Source: the human T2T-CHM13v2.0 reference genome, Homo sapiens
Assembly: GCF_009914755.1 (NCBI RefSeq)
Contig: NC_060928.1
Strand: one strand, 5' to 3'
DNA: 64,000 nucleotides
Part shown: positions 13,395 through 28,373 of the stretch, in pieces
Layout: the number at the start of each line of letters is the position of its first letter
Numbering within the stretch: the first letter of the stretch is position 1
The notes under the pieces: generated by a model
Seen by the model: only the letters and a program-made list of their open reading frames with translations
Told to the model about the DNA's origin: nothing
Database searches by the model: none
Position numbers and translations under genes: made by a program

Positions 13395-13989
13395 TAAAAT
13401 TGATTTTGCATAAAACTTATTTGATTTATAGCATAAAACATTTGACTTATATTTAAAGTAAATAGATTTTAAAATAAATATTTAAAAATCCATTAAACAA
13501 TATTAAGAAAATAAAATACCCACTAAAGATGACATCTCACATCCTCTCATTCATGTGTTGTCTTAAGGACCACAGTGGTCACTTGTGTACATTATTCTTG
13601 TCTTCACCATATATCAGTATAAAGTTTCTTATTTGTCACTTTATGTGTCATCTAATGAAGGAACAAACAACTCTCCACTGGTAGGAACAAAAGGCATGAG
13701 AAGAATCCCTAAAGAGGACTTTGAGTTCACACTTAGACAAAACTCTCAACTTACTGCTCTGTCCACACAGTTCCCTCGATATCTGTAAAATTATTTTGAA
13801 GTATAAAATCTGGGAGAAAAATCCATCAAATTATAAAGTAGAACTAATAATGCTTTCATGGGTAAGCAATGAAACAAACCAAAAGGTAAACCAGCGTTTT
13901 AAAGATTGATATTTCTTTAAGAAGAGAATGGAAAATAAATTAAAATATACATTTTATATTGATTATCATGAAGTTTTCTAGTTTCTTAC

Positions 13990-14050
13990 CTGAAGTTTCC
14001 TGGAGGAACTTTAACAGCACTCATTTGACATTAGGAAGAAGCCGAATGTA
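13990..14050 (-). other. UGT2A1: Probable non-coding leader exon of UGT2A1 (5' end approximate)
   Basis: Near-consensus donor CAG|GTAAGA at 13990/13989 in unique sequence, which would pair with the acceptor at 8497. TATA-like TATATTAT at ~14080-14073. Agrees with my recollection that UGT2A1 has an upstream non-coding exon; the TSS cannot be seen in sequence. Confidence 0.65.
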
Positions 14051-14568
14051 AATAAATCCTAGGTGGATAAGCATAATATAATGAGTAATATGATCTTAAA
14101 TGGAAAAAAGATTATGTAAAGTTGTTTATACTCTTAACATTTTCCACCCACTACACTGTGAAGCAGATTAACCTTTTGTCAAAGGTGTAACCTTCTGTTG
14201 GTTCCCTAGCAACTATTTGCCCTGAATTTTGCATTTACTATCATGGTCTCTGCCCCTACCCCAACTAACCAAGTATGCCAGGATATATCTAAAATAAGAT
14301 TGACAATAATTAGTAATCTTGAGATTGTTATGAATAAGTATGAGCAATTAATATCCCTCAAACTTATGAAACAAACAATTATTGTATTATTATGAAAAAA
14401 GTTTTAAAAATTAAAATGTCTTTATTTTTATTTATTTATATATATATATTTTCCTGATTCATGATGATGAAAGTGGGTGGTTTGATTGATCTTTGCCATA
14501 AATAAAAAAGATAGTAATTTAGATAATGAAATAACTTTTTTAGAGTTGCTCACCTTCATTATGCACCA

Positions 14569-14578
14569 TCCCTGGGGA
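14569..14578. promoter_or_regulatory. EBF/Olf-1 (O/E) consensus site
   Basis: TCCCTGGGGA matches TCCCNNGGGA, ~520 bp upstream of the putative leader exon. Confidence 0.4.
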
Positions 14579-15213
14579 ATAAAATTACTGCTGTTTCTTT
14601 GTGCAAATATTTTGAAGTAGCAAAAAATAACTTAGTATGTTTTTTGGCATAGCATCCCAAATATGTCATATTTAGTAATAACTAAGTACTGAGATAGAAC
14701 ATCACCACTTGTTGTTTTTGCTGATAAGCAAACTTATGGAAATGTGGAAATAAATTTCATACAGCTGATAAGTATGGCATAGTCCGGCAGAGACACACTT
14801 TGTATGATAACATTGAAGAGGAAATAAAGAAGAACAGTGGAGGCCCCAAGCAAGTCTTTAAGTTCAAGTCAGCTTGGATTGCATACATCTGACTACAAAT
14901 ATTCATCAATTCATGGAGTGCAAGTTCAATCTTGATAAAAGAGAAGTAATGTGTGTGTTTCATACAATGATTTCTCCATTTTGAATAGCTAATATAATTA
15001 ACTTCTCAGCTAAATAAAATGAGTCTTCATGCAAATATTTCAACATGAGCCCTCAAATAGAAACTTTTCTGAGTCTTTACACTTGCAGTAATATATCTTT
15101 TGCCTTCACACTTGGAACACAGCATGGGTGTTAATTAATATTTTTAATTCCTGTAGTTTTCACTCAAATCTATTTGATCATACTCTATTATCTTTTTATA
15201 ATCCCAGTCACAA

Positions 15214-15215
<2 letters not shown>

Positions 15216-15250
<35 letters not shown>
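15216..15250. repeat. (CA)n microsatellite, ~17 units
   Basis: Read directly; ~1.2 kb upstream of the putative TSS. Confidence 0.95.
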
Positions 15251-15251
<1 letters not shown>

Positions 15252-15902
15252 TCCTTTTAAGCCAAATAATTGATAACTAATTTTTTTTAAAAAAAGCTTC
15301 TTTTCTGTTTGGTTCTCTGTACTGTAAAATTTATATCAAATATATTAACTGTAATATAAAAGTTTTTTGCTTGTCCAAGATTTTTACTTGCTACAGGTGG
15401 TTAAATTTCTATCTAGGACAGAATGAGCAAAGCCAGTAACTGAAAATATTGAACAGCATGATTCCCAACTAGACAAAAGAGAGACTTGAAATAAGAAAAA
15501 TTTATAATGAACACTGGACACAGTAGGCCTGAAGACTCCCTATGATTCCAATATATTTCTAGGTGTAAAAGATTACTGTTATTCTACTCACCCTCCCATG
15601 AAGACTAACAGGCTTCATGGGACTAACTCTATAACAAGAAAATATTTTAAATTGGTGAAGCTTTTCTTGGAAATGACTCATTTTACCCAGTTCAATGACA
15701 ACAATTTTCACCACTTATAATTAATGAGAAATACTGAATAAAGTATCATCAACTTCAAGGTTAACCAATAAACTTCTTTGTAAAACAACCACATTTCATA
15801 CCATGTATGATAATAATTTTTATCAATGTTTAAAAAGCATTTTGAAAAATTCATGTCAAATGTTTTCTTTTCATTTTAATTTCTGAGTTATTTTTCCTAT
15901 GT

Positions 15903-16790
15903 GTATCAGTTGTTTATTGCTGCGAAAAAAGTCACTTCAAATTTAGTAGCTTCAACCAACAATCATTTTATTTGCTACCAATTTTTTGGGTGAGAAGTTT
16001 GTGCTGGGCTCAGTTGGACAGTTCTACTGACTTCCCTGTATATACCTCATGCAGCAAAAGTCATCCTGGTGGTTCTATGTGATGGTTAATTTTTGTATCG
16101 ACTTGGCTGGATGATAGTCCCCAGATATTTGGTCAAACGTCATTCTAAATATTTCTGTCTATGTGTTTTGGGAATGAGATAATATTTTACTGGATTATTC
16201 TTCACAATGCGGGTGGGCCTCATCCAGTTAGTTGAAGGCCTTAATAGACAATAATTGACATCAGACCTAAGTAAGAAGGAATTCTGCCAGCAGACTGCTT
16301 TTGGACTCAAATTGCAACTCTTCCCTGAGTCTCAAGCCTGCTGGCCTACCTTGCATATTTTGGACTTACCAAGCTTCCACGACTGTATGAAGCATTTCCT
16401 TAAAATAAATGTACATATCTGTCTCTCTACACACATACATATATACACACTCTCACACACATCCTGTTGGTTCTCTTTCTCTGGAGAACCCTAACACACT
16501 CCACTCAGACAGATTGTCTAAGGTGGCTTCACTTAAGTTTTGGATATCGACTCTTGCCGTCACTCTCTTGAAACAATGTTCTTAGACTCTCATGTAAAGA
16601 AACTCCATCTAGCTGCACCCTGGCACTGTCCCAAAAAAGTGAGGATAATACCTGCAAGGTTTCTTAAGGATTATGCCTTGAAGTCATATTTTACTTCTGT
16701 AGAGTTCTATTAGATCAAACAAGTTACCTGGCCAAGCCTAGGGTCATAGTGGGAGAATTTTGAGGGCCATATGGCAAACAGCCCACCATA
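15903..16790 (-). mobile_element. Old MLT1 (MaLR) LTR split by an MLT2 insertion
   Basis: tgtatcagttgtttattgctgc...tttagtagctt terminus; MLT1-like sequence resumes after 16500. Confidence 0.55.
16078..16498 (+). mobile_element. MLT2 (ERVL) LTR, MLT2D-like
   Basis: Starts TGTGATGGTTAATTTT and ends tctctggagaaccctaacaca. Confidence 0.8.
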
Positions 16791-16924
16791 CAATACATTC
16801 TCAAATGGCTTCTCAAATTTTACATTCTTGTGAATGATTCTCTCTTCCTGTGATTAATTTTACACACATTACTTCAATATAAATTTTTATCTCATTGCAT
16901 TTTCAGTTTTTTTGTAATTTCACA

Positions 16925-17150
16925 TTTATGGTACTCTTACAATGTGCCATGTGCTATTCTAAGTATTTTATGTAGATTAATTTAATTCTTACAACAACCT
17001 TTTGAGGTAGGTAATACTATTTTGTTCCCATTTTCAGATGAAAATGCCAAGGCATAGAAAGCTTATGTAACTTGCCCAGTAACACTCAGAGACTTAATGT
17101 CACAACCAGTACTTAAATGTATACTATCTGACTACAGGGTATGCATGCTT
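16925..17150 (-). mobile_element. MIR SINE
   Basis: cccattttcagatgaaaatgccaaggcatagaaagcttatgtaacttgccca. Confidence 0.8.
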
Positions 17151-17973
17151 AGTCATAATGTTATTAAAATATCATTTGTGATGACTGAGGCATCATGGCA
17201 GATAGGAGGCAGGACTAGATTGCAGTTCCAGACAGAGCAGGAGACAGAGGCTTGCACATTGAATTTTAGCTCCAGATCGACTGCAAGAGCAAACCGGTAA
17301 TCCTGAGAGGACCCACAGATCCTCTGCCGGAAGCAGACTGTTTCTGCAGGACCAAGGAGACACCACAGATACTGTGGGTGTCCCAACTGCAGAAATTGGA
17401 AAGGGAGACCCTTCTCTTCCAAACACACACCCCACTGGAGAAGCTGTTTCTGACTTTACCTGGAGCTGAGTCAAGTTAGAGAGCTGAGCCAAGTGAAATA
17501 CAGGGGTAGGGGAAGTAGCGGAAAGACCCTGGGAGCTCGCTGGGTCCCCCAAGCAGCCCATACCTGCCTGGCACCACAGGGATCCACTGGGAGGTTGGCC
17601 AGAGAAGTAGGGGGTAAAATACCACAGGCAGAAGGAATTCTCTAGCTAAACTCTGTAACAATTTGAACGGGGCATGAAGCCTCCTGGCCAGTACTTCAAG
17701 GAGGGTGTGAATCCAGCATGCAGACCTCACAGGCAGGGGGGAAAACTAAAGCCCTTTTCTTTGGCAGCCGGGAGGTGGAAAGCCTCAGGCAAGTTTTCAA
17801 GCAGGGCTCACCCTCCACCTGGAAACAGACTCCAGGTTGTTGAGGGGGACACGGTGGGAGTGAGACTGGCCCTTCAGCTAGCATGTGAACTAGGTGAGGC
17901 CTGTGACTGCTGGCTTTCCCCTACTTACCTGACAACCTACATGACTCAGCAGAGGCAGCCGTACTTCTCCTAG

Positions 17974-18570
17974 TGTGTCCGGAATTGGTGGGTTCTTGGT
18001 CTCGCTGTCTTCAAGGATGAAGCCGCGGACCCTCACGGTGAGTGTTACAGTTCTTAAAGATGGTGTGTCCGGAGTTTGTTCCTTCTGATGTTCGGACGTG
18101 TCTGGAGTTTCTTCCTTCTGGTGGGTTCGTGGTCTCACTGACTTCAGGAATGAAACTGCAGACCTTCGCGGTGAGTGTTACTGTTCTTCAAGGCAGCGCG
18201 TTTGGAGTTGTTAGTTCCTTCCGGTGGGTTCATGGTCTCACTGGCTTCAGGAGTGAAGCTACAGACCTTTGCAGTGAGTGTTACAGCTCTTAAAGACGGC
18301 GCAGACCCAAAGATTGAGCAGCAGCAAGATTTATTGTGAAGAGTGAAAGAACAAAGCTTCCACAGCGTGGAAGGGGACCCCAGCTGGCTCGGATGGCCTG
18401 CTTTTATTTCTTTTTTTTTTTTCTTTTTCTGACTATGTAAGTATCACATTTATTATTTTAAAATAAGAAATGCACAAAGATGGCAAAATAATTTGGAAAT
18501 TATTTCTAATTCTACCATGTATAAATTATCACTGAATATTTCGGTAAACATTCATCCAGAGTTTATATTA

Positions 18571-18613
<43 letters not shown>

Positions 18614-19295
18614 ACATCCTGCTGATTGGTCCATTTTGACAGAGTACTGATTGGTGCATTTACAAACCTTTAGCTAGACACAGAGCGCTGATTGGTGCAT
18701 TTACAATCCTTTAGCTAGACACAAAAGTTCTCCAAGTCCCCTACCAAATTAGCTAGACACAGAGTGCTGACTGGTGCGTTTACAAACCTTTAGCTAGACA
18801 CAGAGTGCTGATTGGTGCATTTACAAACCTTTAGCTAGATACACAGTGCTGATTGGTGCATTTACAAACCTTTAGCTAGACAGAAAAGTTCTCCAGGTCC
18901 CCACCTGACCCAGAAGCCCAGCCAGCTTCACCTCTCAATGGCACTCACTGTGGGACTTTGCAGCACCTAGCCCGGGCACTCTGGCAGCCCAGAGGGAGCT
19001 CGTTCCCTGATCAAGCCCAGCAGGCTCTGACCAGCTGCACCCGTGGAGTCCACGCCCACTGGGAACCCGTGCCGGCCCACAAGCACCACAAGCAGCCCTC
19101 GCTCCAGCCTGCTCCTCTCCCTCCACACCTCTGTGTGAGCAGAGGGAGCCAGCTCTGGCCTCAGCCAGCCCCAGAGAGGGGGCCCCCACAGCACAGTGGT
19201 GGGCCAAAGGGCTCCTCGAGCTTGGCCAGAGCAGACGCCAAGGCCGAGGAGGTGCCGAGAGCAAGTGAGGGCTGCTGGCACGTTGTCACCTCTTG
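17974..19295 (-). mobile_element. LTR12 (ERV9) solo LTR
   Basis: Terminus tgtgtccggaattggtgggttcttgg, GC-rich U3, tandem ~40-bp CCAAT repeats (18620-18890), U5 repeats, perfect TSD CTAG (17970-73 and 19296-99). Confidence 0.95.
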
Positions 19296-21533
19296 CTAGG
19301 TACACAACTCCAGTGACCTGGGAGTCTCACTCCCATCTCCAACAGCAGCTGCAGCAAGACCCGCCCAAGGAGATGCTGAGCTCGCACACACCTATACTAC
19401 CCCCACCTGATGGGCCTTCCCTATCCACTCTGGTAGCAGAAGACAAAGGACATTTAATCTTGGGAGTTCTGGGGTCCCATCCACTGTGGGTATCTCTTCA
19501 CACTACTACAGCTGATGCTTTCTGGAAAGTGCCATCTCCTGGCAACAGGCCAAGCAGCACAAAAATGATCATTAAACCACCAAAGCTAGGACCCTCACAG
19601 AGTCCAATGCACCTCTGCCACCTCCAATGGAACAGGCACTGGTATCCACAGCTGAGAGACTCATAGATGGTTCACATCACAGGACTCTGCAGACAACCCC
19701 CAGTACCAGCCCGGAGCTGGGTAGACTCACTGGCTGGCTAGACCCAGAAGAGAGTCAACAATCATTGCAGTTGGGCTCACATGAAATCACATCCACAGGA
19801 AAAGGGGGAGAGTACTACATCATGAGAACACCCTGTAGGACAAAAAAATCTGAACAGCAACCTTTGGCCCTAGACCTTCCCTCTGACATAGCCTACACAA
19901 ATGAGAAGGAACCAGAAAACAAACCCTGGTAATATGACAAAACTAGGCTCTTCAACACCCCCAAAAAATCACACTAGCTCACCAGCAATGGGTCCAAACC
20001 AATAAGAAATTCCTGATTTACCTGAAAAAGAATTCAGGAGGTTAATTATTAAACTAATCAAGGAGGCACCAGAGAAAGGTGAAGCCCAATGCAAGGAAAT
20101 CCAAAAATATGATACAAGAATTGAAGGAGAAATATTCAAGGAAATAGACAGCTTAAAGAAAAAACAATCAAAAATTCAGGAAACTTTTGGCAGACTTTAA
20201 GAAATGTGAAATCCTCTGGAGAGTCTCAGCAATAGAACTGAACAAGTAGAAGAAAGAAATTCAGAGCTCAAAGACAAGGTATTTGAAGTAACCCAATCCA
20301 ACAAAGACAAAGAAAAAAAGAATAAGAAAATATGAACAAAGTCTCCAAGAAGTCTGGGATTATGTTAAACAACCAAACTTAAGAATAATCAGTGTTCCTG
20401 AGGAGGAAGACAATTCTAAAAGCTTGGAAAACATGTTTGGGGGAATAATTGAGGAAGACTTCCCTGGCCTTGCTAGAGACCTAGACATGCAAATACAAGA
20501 AGCATAAAGAACACCCAGGAAATTCAGTGCAAAAAGATTTTCACCTACACACATTGTCATCAGGTTATCCAAAGTTAAGATGAAGGAAAGAATCTTAAGA
20601 GCTGTGAGACAGAAAAACCAGGTAACCTATAAAGTAAAACCTATCAGGTTAACAGCAGATTTTTCAGCAGAAACCCTACAAGCTAGAATGGATGGGGCCC
20701 TATCTTCAGCTTCCTCAAACAAAACAAGTACCAGCCAACAATTTTGTAGCCAGCAAAACTAAGCATCATATATGAAGGAAAAATTCAGCCATTTTCAGAC
20801 AAACAAATGCTGAGAATTTGCCATTACCAAGCCACTGTAAGAACTGCTAAAAGGAGCTGTAAATCTTGAAACAAATCCTGGAATCACATCAAACAGAACA
20901 TCTTTAAAGCATAAGTCAGACAGAACCTATAAAACAAAAATACAAGTTTAAAAGCAAAAACAAAAAAAACAAAAATAACCAAAGTACACAGGCAACAAAG
21001 AGCATGATGAATGCAATGGTACCTCACATTTCAAAACTAACATTGACTGTAATTGGCCTAAATGCTCCAATTAAAAGATACAGAACCTCAGAATGGATAA
21101 GAACTCACCAACCATCTCCTGCCTTCAAGAGACTCACCTAACACATAAGGACTCATATAAACTTCAAGTAAAGTGGTAGAAAAAGACATTTCATGCAAAT
21201 GGACACCAAAAGCAAGCAGGGGTAGCTATTCTTATATCAGACAAAACAAACTTTAAAGTATGAGAAGTTAAAAGGGACAAAGAGGATCATTATATAATGG
21301 CAAAAGGCCTTGACCAGCAGGAAAATATCACAATTTTAAACATATATGCACTTAACACTGGAGCTCCTAAATTTATAAAACAATTATTAATAGACCTAAG
21401 CAATGAGATAGAGAGCAACACAATCATAGTGGGGGACTTCAATACTCCACTGACAGCACTAGACAGATCATCAAGACAGATAGTCACCAAGGAAGCCATG
21501 GATTTAAACTACACCTTGGAACAAATGGACTTA

Positions 21534-21534
<1 letters not shown>

Positions 21535-21582
<48 letters not shown>
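21535..21582. repeat. (TAGA)12 microsatellite inside L1 ORF2
   Basis: Read directly. Confidence 0.95.
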
Positions 21583-21700
21583 ACATTTCATCCAACAACT
21601 GCAGAATGCACATTTTATTCAATAGTGCATGGAATTTTCTTCAAGTTAAACCATGTGATAGGCCATAAAATAAGCCTCAATACATTTAAGAAAATTGAAA

Positions 21701-24700
21701 TTGGAGTTTGCTGGAGGTCCACTCCAGATCCTGTTTGCCTGGATATCACAAGTGGAGGCTACAGAACAACAAATACTGCAGAATGGCAGATGTTGCTGCC
21801 TGATCCTTCCTCTGGAAGCTTTGTCTCAGAGGGGCACCTGGCTGTCTCAGTCAGCCCCTACTTAGAGGTGTCTCCCAGTTAGGCTACTTGGGGGTCAGGG
21901 ACCCACTTGAGAAGGCAGTCTGTCCGTTCTCAGATCTCTAACTCCATGCTGGGAGAACCACTATTCTCTTCAAAGCTGTCAGACAGGGATGTTTAAGTCT
22001 GCAGAAGTTTCTGCTGTCTTTTGTTCAGCTATGCCCTGCCCCCAGAGGTGGAGTCTACAGAGGCAGGCAGGCCTCCTTGAGCTGCTGTGGGCTCCACCCA
22101 GTTCGAGCTTCCTGGAAGCTTTGTTTACCTACTCAAGCCTCAGCAATGGCAGACACCCCTCTCCCAGCCTCACTGCTGCCTTGCACTTTGATGTCAGACT
22201 GCTGTGCTAGCAGTGAGCAAGGATCTGTGGGCAGGGGACCCTCCAAGCCAGGTGCAGGATATAATCTGCTGGTGTGCCATTTGCTAAGGCTGTTGGAAAA
22301 GAGCAGTATTAGGGTGGGAGTGTCCCAATTTTCCAGGTACCGTCTGTCTCAGCTTCCCTTTGTTAGCAAAGGGAATTCCCCAACCCCTTGCACTTTCTGG
22401 GTGAGGTGATGCCCTGCCCTGCTCCGTGGGCTGCACTCACTGTCTGACAAGCACCAGTGAGATCAACCCAGTACCTCAGTTGGAAATGCAGGAATCACCC
22501 ATCTTCTGCATTGCTCACACTGGGAGCTGCAGACTGGAGCCGAGGGTCCTGACTGTTAGAAGGAAAATTAACAAACAGAAAGGACATCCACACCAAAACC
22601 CCATCTGTATGTCACCATCATCAAAGACCAAAGGTAGATAAAACCACAAAGATGGGGAGAAACCAGAGCAGAAAAGGTGAGAATTCTAAAAATCAGAGCG
22701 CCTCTTCTCCTCCAAAGGAACACAGTTCCTTGCCAGCAACAGAACAAAGCTGGACGGAGAATGACTTTGATGAGTTGAGAGAAGAAGGCTTCAGACAATC
22801 GGTAATAACAAAATTCTCTGAGCTAAAGGAGGATGTTCAAACCCATCACAAAGAAGATAAAAACCTTGAAAAAAGATTAGACGAATGGCTAACTAGGATA
22901 ACCAGTGTAGAGAAGTCCTTAAATGACCTGATGGAGCTGAAAACCATGGCATGAGAGCTAGGTGATGCATGCACAAGCTTCAGTAGCCGAATCGATCAAG
23001 TGGAAGAAAGGGTATCAGTGATTGAAGATCAAATGAATGAAATGAAGTGAGAAGAGAAGTTTAGAGAAAAAAGAGTAAAAAGAAATGAACAAAGCCTCCA
23101 AGAAATATGGAACTATGTGAAAAGACCAAATCTACATCTGATTGGTGTACCTGAAAGTGATGGGGAAAATGGAACCAAGTTGGAAAACACTCTGCAGGAT
23201 ATTATCCAGGAGAACTTCCCCAATGTAGCGAGGCAAGCCAACATTCAAATTCAGGAAATACAGAGAATGCCACAAGGATACTCCTCAAGAAGAGAAACTC
23301 CAAGACACATAATTTTCAGGTTCACCAAAGTTGGAATGAGGGAAAAAATGTTAAGGTCAGCCAGAGAGAAAGGTCGGGTTACCCACAAAGGGAAGCCCAT
23401 CAGACTAACAGTGGATGTCTCGGCAGAAACTCTACAAGCCAGAAGATAGTGGGGGCAAATATTCAGCATTCTTAAAGAAAATAATTTTCAACCCAGAATT
23501 TCATATCCAGCTAAACTAAGCTTCATAAGTGAAGGAGAAATAAAATCCTTTACAGACAAACAAATGCTGAGAGACCTTGTCACCACCAGGCCTGCCCTAA
23601 AAGAACTCCTGAAGGAAGCGCTAAACATGGAAAGGAACAACCAGTACCAGCCACTGCAAAAACATGCCAAATTGTAAAGACCATCAATGCTAGGAAGAAA
23701 CTGCATCAACTAATGAGCAAAATAACAAGCTAACATCAAAATGACAGGGTCAAATTCACACATCATAATATTAACCTTAAATGTAAATGGGCTAAATGCT
23801 CCAATTAAAAGACACAGACTGGAAAATTGGATAAAGAGTCAAGACCCATCACTGTGCTGTATTCAGTAGACCCATCTCACGTGCAGAGACACATATAGGC
23901 TCAAAATAAAGGGATGAAGGAAGATCTACCAAGCAAATGGAAAACAAAAAAAGGCAGGGGTTGCAATCCTAGTCTCTGATAAAACAGACTTTAAACCAAC
24001 AAAGATCAAAAGAGACAAAGAAGGCCATTACATAATAGTAAAGGGATCAATTCAACAAGAAGAGCTAACTATCCTAAATATGTATGCACTCAATACAGCA
24101 GCACCCAGATTCATAAAGCAAGTCCTTAGAGACCTACAAAGAGACTTAGACTCCCACACAATAATAATGGGAGAGTTTAACACCCCACTGTCAACATTAG
24201 ACTGATCAACGAGACAGAAAGTTAACAAGGATATCCAGGAATTGAACTCAGCTCTGCACCAAGTGGACCTAATACACATCTACAGAATTCTCCACCTCAA
24301 ATCAACAGAATATACATTCTTCTCAGCACCACACCACACCTATTCCAACATTGACCACATAGTTGGAAGTAAAACACTCCTCAGCAAATGTAAAAGAACA
24401 GAAATTATAATAAACTGTCTCTCAGACCACAGTGCAATCAAACTAGAACACAGGATTAAGAAATGCACCAAAAACTGCACAACTACATGGAAACTGAACA
24501 ACCTGCTCCTGAATGACTACTGGGTACATAAAGAAATGAAGGCAGAAATAAAGATGTTCTTTGTAACCAACGAGAACAAAGACACAACATACCAGAATCT
24601 CTGGGACACATTTAATGCAGTGTGTAGAGAGAAATTTATAGCACTAAATGCCCACAAGAGAAAGCAGGAAAGATCTAAAATTGACACCCTAACATCACAA

Positions 24701-24822
24701 TTAAAAGAACTAGAGAAACAAGAGCAAACACATTCAAAAGCTAGCAGAAGGCAAGAAATAACTAACATCAGAGCAGAACTGAAGGAGATAGAGACACAAA
24801 AACCCCTTCAAAAAATCAATGA
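21701..24822 (+). mobile_element. L1PA4-6-like LINE with an inverted 5'UTR (21701-~22538 minus) followed by sense UTR end, ORF1 and ORF2 start; inactivated
   Basis: An antisense UTR block is followed by gagggtcctgactgttagaagg; ORF1 starts MGRNQSRK at 22652 with stops; ORF2 fragments run up to the next insertion. Confidence 0.92.

Positions 24823-28373
<3,551 letters not shown>

Larger units (their letters stand above)
17182..21700 (+). mobile_element. L1PB-like LINE: 5'UTR, decayed ORF1 and start of ORF2; interrupted by LTR12; 3' part missing
   Basis: 5' end atggcagataggaggcaggactagattgcag; ORF1 peptide (MKERILRAVRQK...RLTADFSAETLQAR) and endonuclease peptide (ILNIYA...VGDFNTPL) with stops and frameshifts. 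Confidence 0.85.

Noticed and set aside
18620-18890. Regularly spaced ~40-bp repeats resembling a CRISPR array
   Set aside because: Head-to-tail LTR12 enhancer repeats with no unique spacers, in a mammalian context.
17097-19932. Dense cluster of overlapping 60-156-aa ORFs
   Set aside because: They lie in GC-rich L1 5'UTR and LTR12 sequence, where stops are rare; no recognisable domains.
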